Source: Octopus vulgaris
Taxonomy: Eukaryota
Assembly (NCBI GenBank): GCA_951406725.2
Contig: OX597816.1
Span: 3,100,001 to 3,164,000, forward strand
Length of the DNA: 64,000 bases
Reading direction: 5' to 3'
The notes under the pieces are model-generated. The model saw only the letters and a list, made by a program, of their open reading frames with translations. It was not told the origin of the DNA and searched no databases. The position numbers were made by a program, and so were the translations under genes. Position 1 is the first letter of the stretch. Each line of letters starts with the position of its first letter. Of this stretch, positions 43,500 through 58,704 are shown piece by piece.

Positions 43500-44516
43500 T
43501 TTCTTACACCAAAATATTAACGGAATAACACGTGGAATAGCGACGACCGTAAACTAGATTCATCGGTTGGGTTTACCACCAATTCTGCGCCACCATATTG
43601 GGCAACAACAACAACAACAGCAACAGCAGCAGCAGCAGCAGCAGCAATATCGTCGGCAGCACCAACGCCTATATTTTGGCCAGCAAACGGCATCACCACC
43701 GACAAACAGCAGTGCCCTCAGCAACAATAACAGCGCCAACACGATATTAACATAACCTCAAACTGCTTGAAATAACAGCCAAATCTCCCTTAAATCACAC
43801 CTGATTACCTTAATGAAGGAAAGACGTTTTATAAGAACGAAAAACGCCCCACAACATAAAATATAGACGGCCTGGCCAAGTCTGAAGCGTTGGGCGTCGT
43901 CATCACCATCATCATCACCATCGTCGTCGTCTTCGTAGTCGATCTCCTCCTCATCCACCTCCACCTCCTCCTCCTCTTCTTCCTCACCCACCCCATCATA
44001 AATTCATTATTTTACTTTTATCTTCCCCTAAATTTAATTACATCCAAAGCACCATCGCACCTTTACCACAAATAACCCATTTCGATTATCGTCGTCCTCT
44101 ACAGAAAGTGCATTATTGTGTGTGTGCGAAGAGTGAGAGAGAGAGAGGGAGAGAGGGAGTGACAGAGAGAGAGAGAGAGAGACACACACACACACACACA
44201 CACATACACACGTACACATCTCACACACCATCGTGGATTCTCCCGTCGTCATCGACAAAGAAGGATTCTGCAACCTGCACAGGTGATTGGTTTAGAAGTG
44301 ATCAAACGTTTGTGCAGTACAATGGCTGAATCACCTCCATCAAATCGACATTACCTGTACAGGTAGACAAATGTACCACGCACCTGATGTTGAAATGGTT
44401 GCAGAACAAAGGAAAATGAAGTGATTTGCTCGAGAACACAACTCGGTCCGAGAATCGAAACTACCATCTTACGGATCGTGAGTGCAACATCCTAACCACG
44501 CTCTTTCACACATATA

Positions 44517-44738
44517 TATTTCTTTACTACCCACAAGGGGCTAAACACAGGGAGGACAAACAAGCGGATTAAGTCGATTATATCGACCCCACTGCGTAAC
44601 TGGTACTTAATTTATCGACCCCGAAAGGATGAAAGGCAAAGTCAACCTCGGCGGAAATTGAACTCACAACGTACCGGCAGACGAAATACCGCTCGGCATT
44701 TCGCCCGACGTGCTAACGATTCTGCCAGCTCCCCGCCT
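44517..44738 (-). mobile_element. Family-A SINE monomer, tail A
   Basis: TSD ctttcacacatatat on both sides. Confidence 0.92.
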
Positions 44739-44782
44739 TTCGCTTTCACACATATATTCAGCAGGATATTAATTGTTTCAAT

Positions 44783-45137
44783 CAGTGGTTATCGATCGGG
44801 GTTCATATCACCCTTAGAGATCCATAGAATCCCAGGGGTTTCATATGGCCCTTGGCGGGATCCATATAAGATTTTGTTGTTAAAATTTATCAGCAATTAA
44901 TTAATTATACATAATTATACATAATTACTTCAATATACATAATTATACATAATTATACATAATTACTTCAATACATAAAATGTTTTAATTTTTTTATAGA
45001 ATTCCTAACAATATTTAATTATAAAAATACAGTAAGATATTGTTTTAGATACATCGAATGGCTCTGGAGATCCAGAAGATTAAACTAGGAATCAAAGGGA
45101 CCCATAGGCAAAAAAAAAAAAGGGTTGAGAAGCACTG
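44783..45137. mobile_element. hAT-like MITE
   Basis: cagtggtt ... ggttgagaagcactg ends. Confidence 0.6.
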
Positions 45138-45154
45138 GTTAATAACAACTAGTC

Positions 45155-45830
45155 ATGCCGCGAACACCAGAAGCAAAAAGGTTGTCTCGTTTTCAAAGAG
45201 GGCATATAGGGGGGAGGGCAATCTGAGGGTGGACTTAACCAGCATAAGATTGCACAAACCGTTGGGATTCCTCTTGCTACAATTAATTTGAGTGATTGTA
45301 CAATTTACTATCAAAAGAAAGGAATCAACAGCATTCCTCCCGGGTCGACCTGCGCCCTTTGACTGGTGTCTTTGCGCTATGAAGCGGATTGTTTTCAAAC
45401 GGAAAAACTTTTCCCAAATTTACTCCAGATGGTAAAAAAAAAAGGACAACTTATTTATGGAATATGGTGCTACATGCTACAGCCAAAAACTTCAGTGACT
45501 GGTGGGACAGAAACGGAATAGAAGAGTTCCTTGGCCAAGCCAGGTCTCCTGATACGAACCCTATGGAACTCCTTTGGAGCCTATTGGACAGAAACGTGCG
45601 ATAAAAATCCACGAGAAACAACATCAAAAGCAGATTTGGTCAATGTGTTCTGTTGAGCGAGGGCAGAAATTCCACCGGAGACAATATCCGAACTCATTGC
45701 CGAAAAGCGTTTAATCCTTCAAAACATGGCTTCTGCTAATTACTGGATTAAATATTTAAATGAATCAAATGACGTTTTGTCGTTTCTAGAAATCAATCAT
45801 TCAAAAGTGATGGTGTCTATTTAATTCTGA
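45155..45830 (+). mobile_element. Decayed Tc1-like transposase fragments
   Basis: ARSPDTNPMELLW (SPDLNPIENLW motif) in ORF 45389..45604. Confidence 0.75.
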
Positions 45831-45856
45831 GATGTCTGAGTTGATGTTTATGCATT

Positions 45857-46241
45857 GGGAAGCATTCCGTCGGTTACGACGACGTGGGTTCCGGTTGATC
45901 CGAATCAACGGAACAGCCTGCTCGTGAAATTAACGTGTAAGTGGCTGAGCACTCCACAGACATGTGTACCCTTAACGTAGTTCTCGGGGATATTCAGCGT
46001 GACACAGAGAGTGACAAGGCCGGCCCTTTGAAATACAGGTACAACAGAAACAGGAAGTAAGAGTGAGAGAAAGTTGTGGTGAAAGAGTACAGCAGGGTCC
46101 GCCAACATCCCCTGCCGGAGCCTCGTGGAGCTTTAGGTGTTTTCGCTCAATAAACGCTCACAACGCCCGGTCTGGGAATCGAAACCGCGATCCTATGACC
46201 GCGAGTCCGCTGCCCTAACCACTGGGCCATTGCGCCTCCAC
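45857..46241 (-). mobile_element. Full-length family-C SINE
   Basis: Reverse complement of 25804-26191; TSD gtttatgcatt. Confidence 0.93.
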
Positions 46242-46289
46242 GTTTATGCATTACATCCATCTGCCTGTGTGTCTACGTGTATTTGTATG

Positions 46290-46324
<35 letters not shown>

Positions 46325-46733
46325 TATAGGCTTTAGAAAGGTTCCACTTTCAAGGTATTTGCCAACCCACTGCTACAAGAGAAGACACCTGCCCAAGGTA
46401 GCGCAAAACAAGATAAAATTAAGAAACACGTGGTTTTCATGCCATCTTCGTGACCAGGCACCGATGCCCGCGCTTGTGCAATGCATACATACATGGGATC
46501 CCTTATGCATACACACAAACACGCGCGCAAAACATATACACATATACATATATGTACATATACACATACATATACATCAGCCGAAATTGCGAAGATGATC
46601 CGGTTCTTGACTGAAGATTGAAGGCTTCGAATGTCCCGTCCGTGTTTTTTGTATCGTCTTCTAAATGTTTCACGTTCTTGTCCCAGTTTGTATTTTCTTA
46701 CATTTGCATATATATATATATATATATATATAT

Positions 46734-47230
46734 AAGGACAGAACTTTTCGGATCATGTCCACATGTGACTAAATTTCTGTTACGTTTTTGGTCCCCTAAA
46801 GAAAACAGATAGAACATGCTTTCTATGTTATGTCCCAAGAAGGTTTTTTTTTACCTCATCATACCTTCTATCATATATATATATTTTATGTATATTTCTT
46901 ATATATTTTTTATATATTTTTTATGTATTTTTATATAATTTTTATGGCGAAAAATGCGAGTGAAGATGTGTACCTTTACATAGCGATGTATAAGTACGCA
47001 GGCAAGCAGAGTTATAACACAGTAATTCCCTTTGTATAACGGTATTTTTTCATGGCATTTTCAAATAGCCAGATAACCGAAGAGATGGCGTTGTGGATTC
47101 CCACTTCGGCATCTGAAACTCAGAGTTTTATCTTGACTATCGAGTAATGTAACATATTATTGTGTAGATAAATTTCCTCTACATACATAATATTGAGGTC
47201 TCTTTCTTTCTTATGTTATCTTACCGTTTT

Positions 47231-47233
<3 letters not shown>
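46734..47233 (+). mobile_element. PLE 3' end (last endonuclease codons plus UTR with hammerhead remnant 47071-47133) in (TA)n
   Basis: RTELFGSCPHVTKFLLRFW parallels RSEIFTSCMHIYKYILKNW near 16110; agataa-CCGAAGA-gatg..catc-t-GAAAC-tcaga-GTT-ttatct. Confidence 0.7.
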
Positions 47234-47268
<35 letters not shown>

Positions 47269-47436
47269 TTCAGCAAAAATTTAGATTCAGACGAATATGG
47301 TACTTAAGTTAAAGGCACCAGAATTTTATATGGATAATACCATACAATATATATATATATATATATATCGATCGCCAGTAAAACATAAATCCGAAAAAGA
47401 AGCACGCTCTAAGTTATAGAGCAGAATATAATATAA

Positions 47437-47723
47437 AGTTAGATGAGGCCTGCTTATAGGATTATCCTGGGTTTCACGTTCATAGAACTCTTAGCTTTAC
47501 GGCGTATCATCAGATCGCATACCTTATGGCCTCTCCAACGAGCGGTCTCTCTGGAAAATTTCCTTGTCCTTTTCTGGTTACGCCGCTCGCTAGAGGATAT
47601 TTTCCAGAGAAGCCGCTCGTTGGAGAGGCCATAAGGTTTGGGATCTGTTGAAACGCCTTAAAGCTAAGCGCTTTATGGACGTGAAACACAGAGCAATCTC
47701 GTAAACCGGGATTATTTAAATTT
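47437..47723. repeat. Foldback element made of two divergent hammerhead-bearing arms
   Basis: 47471-47564 pairs with about 47593-47687, including a long perfect stretch accttatggcctctccaacgagcgg; weaker similarity continues outward. Confidence 0.88.
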
Positions 47724-47752
47724 GTTTAGCTAAATATTTGCTAGTGAAATAA

Positions 47753-47879
47753 TGTCAACGTTTTCGTCGCTCGAAACTACGACCTGTTCATTTACAAAAA
47801 AAAAACAAAAACATTCTGTTGAATCTAACATTTTTTGTCAGTCGACAGGTCGCAGATTCGAACGATGAACATTTTGACA
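47753..47879. repeat. Short imperfect inverted repeat (MITE-like)
   Basis: tgtcaacgttttcgtcgctcgaaactacgacctgt vs acaggtcgcagattcgaacgatgaacattttgaca. Confidence 0.65.
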
Positions 47880-47989
47880 GCTTATTGCAAATGAATGTTC
47901 AAGTGAAGTCAACATTCTTTGTGTGTTTCTCAACGATTAACTTATGCCGTCCACATACATGCATATATGTGTATCAGGACGCCATGTTA

Positions 47990-48176
47990 GATTGTTAGCT
48001 CCTACACGCATTTTTTTCTCTCCTTGTTTCTTTTCTGTGTATCAATCTGTCAAAGAGCGTAGGCTCGAAACGTAAAAGACTTGTTCTATTTCTATTCCTG
48101 AGCGTCATACTAATACATTTGTTTGCTTGTACTCCACCTGCCTTCGTCTTTTGTTTATTTTCGTAAACCTTCCCGT

Positions 48177-48177
<1 letters not shown>
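47990..48177 (+). mobile_element. Hammerhead-bearing short element (core decayed)
   Basis: CTGTCAA-agagcgtaggctc-GAAAC-GTA-aaagac; ends in (TA)n. Confidence 0.7.
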
Positions 48178-48208
<31 letters not shown>

Positions 48209-48214
48209 GAATGT

Positions 48215-48332
<118 letters not shown>

Positions 48333-49029
48333 CTATACGAGAGTTAAGGAATGAAGTAGATAAGATCCGGGCTACATATATTTGATAGTGAGGGCGGCGA
48401 GCTGGCAGAACCGTTAGCACGCCGGGCGAAATGCGTAGCCGTATTTCGTCTGCCGTTACGTTCCGAGTTCAAATTCCGCCGAGGTCGACTTTGCCTTTCA
48501 TCCTTTCGAGGTCGATTAAATAAATACCAGTTACGCACTGGAGTCGATGTAATCGGCTTAATCCGTTTGTCTGTCCTTGTTTGTCCCTTCTGTGTTTAGC
48601 CCCTTGTGGGTAGTAAAGAAATATAGATATATTTGATAGCGAACGGAACCTCAGAAGTGGTAAATATCGAAGGGAGGTGTGTACCATAGGCTACTCTTCA
48701 GGTCACATGGTATCTTGAGTGAATGAAGTTTGAATTGTGGTAAGGAAGTGCAGGTCAACACATGGACGATTGGATTAGAATGCGTAGAGAGCACAGTTTG
48801 AGTGGAGGATATAATTGTCCACGAGATCGAATCTTCTGTGTGTTAACGTGTACCTCCTTGCGACAATGTAAACTTTCATCTAATCCAGAGATCCTTGGCC
48901 TGAAAAGTATCCTGCAGCAGACACCTCGCTTGGATATTCACCACCTTCGAGGTTCCGTTTGCTGTGAAACATAAGTAACCCGGATCTTATCTGCTCCATT
49001 CCGAAACTCTCCTAATTTTTATTCGTATA
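48333..49029. mobile_element. Old, almost fully palindromic MITE interrupted by a family-A SINE (48393-48622, plus)
   Basis: agataagatccggg/cccggatcttatct, aacggaacctc/gaggttccgtt and further matches inward; SINE TSD atatatttgatag. Confidence 0.8.
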
Positions 49030-49073
49030 CCCGGCAATCATGGTTGTCTATCGTGAAACGTAAAATAATTTCG

Positions 49074-49157
<84 letters not shown>

Positions 49158-49170
49158 ATCTATCTATCTA

Positions 49171-49208
<38 letters not shown>

Positions 49209-49325
49209 AGTCTGTATGTCTATCTAAGTCAATTGACTTTTCCATTTTTCTTGAGTGTCAAACTAATACACCTGCTTGTTGTTCCTTCACCTGTCCTCGT
49301 CTTTTGTTTTCTGTAAATTTGAATT

Positions 49326-49383
<58 letters not shown>

Positions 49384-49455
49384 ACGCACGGTGAATCCTT
49401 GAAATAAACGAAATTGATTTGCGAAATCTGTGTCCCAAAAAGAAACTCGTCAGTA

Positions 49456-49511
<56 letters not shown>

Positions 49512-50107
49512 TGATGATGATGGTGATGATGATGATGATGATAATAATAATAGTAATAAAATTATAAAATTGTTACGAGAAATATCTCAAGTCTTAAATC
49601 GACAATTCTCCCACTCTCTATCTGTCACCATCAATTTATCTCTCTCTCTATACTTACCACACTCCTCTCTCTCTTTCCCTCTGTATATGTATTAACCCTC
49701 ACACGTTGCTTCTATTTTGTTTAACATTTCGTCTTCTAACATTTACTTTCATTTTATGACTGCCATTACGTGCAAGTCCTATTTTCTGATTGGGCAAAAA
49801 CGATCAAACCATAAATCTCTAACATTTTTCAGCGTGAAAAACTACACCAATATACCAAATTTTAAAATTTCAAAATCTGTGACAGCAACAGAAAAAATGT
49901 CTCTTTATGTTTATCTATCTCTGTCATTTTTCGCTTTTGTCATGGAGAAATCTTCCTTTTCTGTATATATATACCAACTACACACTCTCTCACTCTCTAC
50001 AAAAATATATCGCTCACGTTGAGTGTGTGTGTGTGTTTGTCAGTGTATATGTATGCATGTGTGTAAGAAATTTCAGTAGTGTGATAGTGTGATTAAAAAA
50101 AAAAATA

Positions 50108-50479
50108 TTCTTTTATTTGTTTCAGTAATTTGACTGTGGCCATTCTAGAGCACCGCCTTCAGTCGAGCAAATCGACCCCAGTACTTATTCTTTGTAAGCC
50201 TAGTACTAATTCTATCGGTCTCTTTTGTCGAACCGCTAAGTTACGAGGACGTGAACACATCAGCATCGGTTGTCAAGCGATGGTGCGGGGACAAATATAG
50301 ACACACACACACACACGACGGGCTTCTTTCAGTTTCCGTCTACCAAATCCACTCACAAGGCCTTGGTCGGCCTAAGACTATAGTAGAAGACAATTGCCCA
50401 AGGTGCCATGCAGTGGGATTGAACCCGGGACCATGTGGTTGGTAAGCAAGCTACTTACCACACAACCACTCCTACGCCT
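50108..50479 (-). mobile_element. Family-B SINE
   Basis: Reverse complement match. Confidence 0.9.
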
Positions 50480-50539
50480 ATGTAAAGATGTGATTTATTT
50501 TAATAACATACTTTTCTGTTTGTAAATATGCTTTTTCTT

Positions 50540-50593
<54 letters not shown>

Positions 50594-51545
50594 GGACTCG
50601 CCTGATGCGGGGTGGGGAGGGGTGCTTAAAAATTTCGATTACAAATTTTTGTTGTTGTTGTTGTTTAAAGTCGAGCAATGGATCACCGCATCCTAATTCC
50701 ATAAAATGTGCTTATGGGGAGAAAAATATTGAGAAGCATCAATATATGTCAGAGTGACAAAGAAACGAGGAAGGCACCAGGTGGTCGTGGTATGTGCTAG
50801 AAACAATAGCAAAATCTCCCTTAAATCACACACCCTTTCGTCTGAAAACTACTTTGAAATTACAAACAGAAACGAATTGTAGATTCGAATTGTTCATATT
50901 TTAAAACTATGGTTAAAAAGGGAAGTTGAAAAGAAGCCGAAGTTTTAGGATTTGTGGAGGGGTGAATTTTTTTGAAAAAATTAGATAAGATTTTATCTTT
51001 GTTTTAAAATTACGTTTCATTTTCTATTTTGAAATAAAGGAAGTGGGTATTATAATGGTGATCACCGATTTCCAAAATAATTTTTAACCTTCAAGTCTTC
51101 TGACTCATACATTGTTCGCTTTCCAGACATTTCTACATTACTGCATGTACTTTATATGCACTTTCTGACAAGTTGTGGTGCACCTGAGCACTGTATACAA
51201 TAATTTCATTATATTATATTATATTCTCCCATCATTTTTAAGTGTGTAGTGCAAATAATAATAATAATAATAATTATAATAATAATAATAAAGGCGAAAA
51301 TCACTGTTGATTTGGGGAGCAGATTGAAAAAAATTCATAAATTTTCCCAATTTTTTTTCTTTGTTTTACCGAAAAGGAATCTCACATTGTTTTTAAATGT
51401 GTTGTGCAGATAAAATGAAATAAAAGAAAAAAGGAAAAGGAAAAGAAAATTTGGCAAAATTCGTCTGGAAAGTGGTGAGGGGGGGGGGTCATAAATAAAA
51501 AAAAAAGCACTTTTTTCGTAAAAAGTTTCCATTTCATCGTTTGCA

Positions 51546-51717
51546 AGGCACAGGAGTGGCTGTGTGGTAAGTAGCTTGTTTACCAACCACATGGTTCCGG
51601 GTTCAATCCTACTGCGTGGCATCTTGTGCAAGTGTCTTCTACTATAGCCCCGGGCCGACCAATGCCTTGTGAGTGGATTTGGTAGACGGAAACTGAAAGA
51701 AGCCTGTCGTATATATG

Positions 51718-51750
<33 letters not shown>

Positions 51751-51987
51751 ATGTTTGAGTGTCTGTGTTTGTCCCCCTAGCATTGCTTGACAACCAATGC
51801 TGGTGTGTTTACGTCCCCGTCACTTAGCGGTTCGGCAAAAGAGACTGAAAGAATAAGTACTGGGCTTACAAAGAATAAGTCCCGGGGTCGATTTTCTCGA
51901 CTAAAGGCGGTGCTCCAGCATGGCCGCAGTCAAAATGACTGAAACAAGTAAAAGAGTAAAAGAGTAAAGAGTAAAGAGTAAAGAGTG
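51546..51987 (+). mobile_element. Family-B SINE, full length
   Basis: Match to 3272-3690; (AGTAAAAG)n tail. Confidence 0.92.
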
Positions 51988-52429
51988 AGGGTGTGGTGAA
52001 AAAGAAAATTGAAAACTCTCCGCCAAAACTGAGCAAATCCAATTTATGTGGTTGTACTATTTCGTCCACCAAAAGCATTCTATTGTGAAAATTGCCCAGC
52101 AACGACGGGATACTCAACTAGTGTGCGTGTGTGTATATGCATCCGTGTCTGGGATTATGTTTGCATTAGTCTTTAAGCCGGTCTTGTTTCTGCTGTTACT
52201 TAGCAGTTCAACAAAGATCAATAAAAATAAATACTGAAATCAATATGGCTGTGTGAAGCTTCTAGAAAGTGGTGCCCCAGCCTGGTCACGGGCCAATGAG
52301 TGAAACGTAAAAACAAAAGTATGTAAATAAAAACATGCTAAATTACCCTTTGATGTGGACGATGAGCATTCAGCCATGCGACGAATTTTGTCTCGTGAAA
52401 TTAAAGCAGTAGCGGATGAGTATTCCGTA

Positions 52430-52910
52430 GGCAATCTTGATATCTACCTTAACAATGATATGTACCACTCTAAAGCTTTAGGTTATCGAGTTATGGTCTC
52501 TTTCCCAAATAACATTGGAACAAAATGCTACACGGGGTTTACTGAAAATCCCTTTTAAAAAAGACTCTCGCTGCATATGCACACCTTCAGACATCGAGAA
52601 AGACTCCTTACCACTTCACTCTCCAAATATATCTGGAGTTTAAAGAGTGATAATATTTCTTTCTAGTACAGGCACAATGTTGAAATTTTGGGAGACGGGG
52701 CTAGTCAATTACATCGACTGCAGTGATTGACTGGTACTTACCTTATCGACCCCGAAAGGATGAAAGACAAAGTCGACCTTAGCGGAATTTGAATTCAGAA
52801 CTTACAGACGGACGAAATGCCGTTAAGCATTTTGTCCGGTGTGCTAACGATCCTGCCAGCTTGTCACCTTAAAGGGTGATAATATTAACAATTATAAAAT
52901 AAATTGGTTA
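52430..52910 (+). mobile_element. PLE GIY-YIG fragment interrupted by a family-A SINE (52657-52868, minus)
   Basis: LGYRV...KCYTGFTENPF*KRL..H..TFRH....TSLSKYIWSLK..[SINE]..YKINW; TSD taaag(a/g)gtgataatatt. Confidence 0.78.
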
Positions 52911-53282
52911 ACCAAAAAGGTTAACCAGTTTTTCTCGTTTTTCTCGTTTAGCTTGAGTTCAGCTCTTATTGAGAATAGTTATGATAAAAGTCATTCCAGC
53001 CATGACGGTTTCGTCTTTTTTTATTTTTTAGTAATTGTGTAATATAACGACTGCATCATCCAATACGATTTTCCCTTTTTAGATAAGTTGGATGGGATTT
53101 GAGTAAGATTTATCTGCTGTTTCTTGCAAGTATAGCGAACACGCAGAGGCAAGCTTCTCCAACTCATCTCTCTCCGATGTCAGCTCAGAAGCCTCGCACG
53201 TCTTCTTTCTCGTCTGTTGGCTCTCAACAGTCTCCTACAATGAAAGTAATATGTCTTCTTCCAAATAAGAAATCAAACTCAA

Positions 53283-53500
53283 GTGGTGCAAGGGAAGATG
53301 GTTAGGATGTTGCACTCACGATCGCAAGATGGTGGTTTCGAATCCTAGACAGAGCGGCGCGTTGTGCTCTTGAGCAAAACGCTTCCTTTCACGTTGTTCG
53401 AGTCCCACTCAGCAGTGAGTAACTTAACGATGGACTGGCGTCAGGTCCAGAGGGAATGTTATTATCTCGGTTGCGTATACGCCATGGAAACCGGGTCCCT
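53283..53500 (+). mobile_element. Old family-D tRNA/CORE-like SINE
   Basis: gtttcgaatcc B box, gttgtgctcttgagcaa, cgatggactggcgtc; related minus fragment at about 44415-44500. Confidence 0.65.
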
Positions 53501-53625
53501 GACTTTATGAATTCGAGGACTCGAGATAGTTATGTCCAAAGGTTGACCATGATCATCATGATTATTTTGAGGATCAGATCAAAGATTTTGGAATTAAAAA
53601 ACTAAGAGAAAACTTTTCAAATATA

Positions 53626-53975
53626 AACAAGAGCACTCAGAGATCGCAAATCTTCTCAAAGGCAACACCAATGTCCTCTCAACGACTAGCCGGAGATGAT
53701 TTTTGAAATGAGAATATCTGAAATAAACTCGACAGCTCTCGCAAATGAGAATACTAAAAATTAGAATACTAAAATTAAGTAAAAGATCCGGAAAAATAAT
53801 CCAGAGTCCTTGTCCGGTACCGGATCGATCCCAAAATCTAATCATCTCGTGCCAATCACAAGGCAAAACATCTCTGAAAGTTTCATCCGAATCCATCCAG
53901 CAGTTCTTGAGATATCTTGTCCATGGTCAAACAAATAAACGCGATTGAAAACAATACCTCTGCCTTCGCCAAGGC
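53626..53975. mobile_element. Helentron/DINE-1-like non-autonomous element
   Basis: gaaagtttcatccgaatccatccagcagttcttgagat...aaaacaatacctctgccttcgccaaggc terminal hairpin. Confidence 0.55.
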
Positions 53976-54173
53976 ATTAGGGAAAGTAGATAAAAATAAA
54001 CTTTATTTTCCATCATTTCGAAAAGTAAAAATTAATTTTATGGTTTATTAATGACTATATTTTGAATTACATTTACATGGGGGACACCAAAATCTTTTAA
54101 GTGTTCAGGGCCTTTACGGGGGTTTTCATCCGATGGTATAAACAACTGTTGATTAAAAAGAAATGCATGTATG

Positions 54174-54226
<53 letters not shown>

Positions 54227-54677
54227 CGTGCGCTTAGGAGGCGTACACGTGCACGTGTTCATGCGTGCATATGTGTTATTGTCCGTGCACATAGGTATAC
54301 ACATCTTTTTATGTGGGGATGTTTATGTGTATATAAGTGTGTTCGTGATTGTGTGTGTCAGTGTGTTTTACATGCGTGTGTATGTTTTCATATATATATA
54401 GGTTTCGAACAAGGTCAGGCTTGTTTCTTTTGGGGATGGTGGTGTAGGTGGTGGTGTGGTTTGTCGACCCCAGGAGGACTAAAGACAAAATACTCCTTGG
54501 TGAGATTTGAACTCAGAGCGTAAAGTGCTGAAACTGCATCTCCCTTATTTGATGGTTTTTATCGTTATTTTACTTCTTATTTTTGTTGTTTATCAAAATA
54601 TATTTCATCAACTGAAATGACGAGTTCAAGTCCTGGCAGAGACGACATAAAGTTAAATTGCTCCAGGATCGATAAAT

Positions 54678-54843
54678 CAGGAGTGGCTGTGTGGTAAGTA
54701 GCTTGCTAACCAACCATATGGTTCCGGGTTCAGTCCCACTGCGTGGCACTTTGGCAAGTGTCTTCTACTATAGCCTCGGGCCAACCTAAGCCTTCTGAGT
54801 GGATTTGGTAGACGGAAACTGAAAGAAGCCCGTCGTGTATATG

Positions 54844-54894
<51 letters not shown>

Positions 54895-55128
54895 GTGTGT
54901 GTGTGTGTGTATGTTTATGTGTCTGTATTTGTCCTCCCCAACATCGCTTGACAACCGATGCTGGTGTGTTTACGTCCCCGTAACTTAGCGGTTCGGCAAA
55001 AGACACCAATACAATAAGTTCTGGACTTACAAAGAATAAGTCCTAGGGACAATTTGCTCCACTAAAGGCGCTGCTCCAGCATGGCCACAGTCAAATGACT
55101 GAAACACGAAAAAGAGAGTAAAAGAGAG
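54678..55128 (+). mobile_element. Family-B SINE
   Basis: Match to 3272-3690. Confidence 0.9.
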
Positions 55129-55199
55129 TACCAATCAAGTATAGATATCGATTTAGTGGTCCGCATTCTTTCCCAACCAACACAGTGACCTTATCCTGT

Positions 55200-55782
55200 C
55201 AGAATCTTTAGAGCGCCGGACCAAATCCTTTGTAGCATTTCCTCCGGTTTTCTATATTCCGGATTGAAATTCCCGTGGGGTCGGCTTTGCCTTTCATCCT
55301 TCCGGCATCAATAACACAAAGTACCAGTAACGTATTGGGGTCAAAGGTGTTGTTCAACTCCTTCCGTTCAAAATGGTTGGTGGTGAGTCTTATTCAAAAC
55401 CCATGAAATGGCGGAGAGGTAGCAATGACATCGGTCAAAATGCTTGGCGGCATTTCTTCCGAATATTTATGTTCAGGGTTCAATTCTCGTGAAGTCAACA
55501 ATGCTTTTCATCGCCCTCATCAGGGTCAACAAAATAAAGTACCAGTCAACTACTCGGGTCGACGTAATCGATTAACGCTCTCCTCCTAAAATTGCTGGCC
55601 TTGTGTCTATTCTTCTATACTTTTACTTGTTTCAGGCATTTGACTGCGGCCATGCTGGAGCACCGCCTTTAGCCGAACAAATTGGTCCCATGACTTATAT
55701 CCTTTGTAAGCCTAGTGCTTATTCTATCGGCCTCACTTGCCGAACCGCTAAGTTACGGGGAAGTAAGCACACCAACATCGGT
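55200..55782. mobile_element. Two old family-A SINEs (plus) and a family-B 3' half (minus, 55620-55782)
   Basis: Degenerate ctttgcctttcatcc and aagtaccag motifs; gactgcggccatgctggagcaccgcc. Confidence 0.7.
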
Positions 55783-56050
55783 TTATTCATTTCTCGATAT
55801 ATATATATATCTTTATATGTTATTCTAAATAGCTTTTGACAATAAAATGTGTCCAACGTAACGCGGGACACCGCATTGGTGATTACATTGCAGAAAACTG
55901 CACTTAACGGTGCTTTCTATGAGGGCAACACAAGACAAACGAATGGGAAGGTGGCGCTGCTGGTAGTTGGGATAATGGTGAGAATTTAGTCTTTTGTTAT
56001 CTTGACCAAATAAGGTAAATATCTTATCAATCGATAGTGAGTCACGATAG

Positions 56051-57760
<1,710 letters not shown>

Positions 57761-57764
57761 TTTA

Positions 57765-58126
57765 ATTCTTTTACTTGTTTTTCATTTTGACTGAGGTCAT
57801 GCTGGAGCATCGCCTTTTCTTAGTCGAAGAAATCGACCCCTGGACTTATTCTTTGTAAGCCTGTTACTTACTCTATCGGTCGCTTTTGCCGAACCGTTTA
57901 GTTTACGGGGGGCGTAAACACACCAACAAAGGTTGTCAAGCGATGGCGGAGGAACAAACACAAATATATATACACAAATATATACATAAATATATATATA
58001 CGACAAGTTTCTCTCGGTTTCTATCTACCATATCCACTCACAAGAATATAGTAGAATTCAGTGGAACTGAACCCGGAACCACGTGGTTGGAAAGCAAGCT
58101 TCTTACCACACAGCCACGCCTGCGCC
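57765..58126 (-). mobile_element. Family-B SINE (internally deleted)
   Basis: Reverse complement match. Confidence 0.85.
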
Positions 58127-58652
58127 TGTGTATATATATATGTATATATATATACACAATCGTTAAAAATGATGAACAACAATCGATTTTCGAACCTTAT
58201 TGGGTTTTTATCAGGGGCACATTATATTAAACACATGTATAGTTATACATGTGCACACACACAAACATATACATACATACATTTATATATACTCGTATAT
58301 ACATTATATTAATGTCTCATATAAATATCTATATTTCTACATATATGTTTATATGTGTGTATATGTATGTACTCGCAGCTCTCTATATGTGTGCGTATGC
58401 ACATGTGTATATAGATATGTATATATGTATATATGTGTGTATATATATATATATATATGTGTGTGTGTGAGTGTGTGTGCGTTGTGCGTTGTGTATGTGT
58501 ATGTGGATATACATACACATATATACATATATACATATATATATATGTATGTATATATGTGTATGTGTGCGTTGGATATAAAAATAATAATTTTGACCAA
58601 TGTCCGCCGTCATTTCTGCCGATATTCACATTTACAGTGATAGAAAAGAATG

Positions 58653-58704
<52 letters not shown>

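Noticed and set aside
46580-46700. Hammerhead in the repeat shared with 37091-37203
   Set aside because: A CTGANGA-like motif is present, but GAAT replaces GAAA in both copies and the stems are poor.
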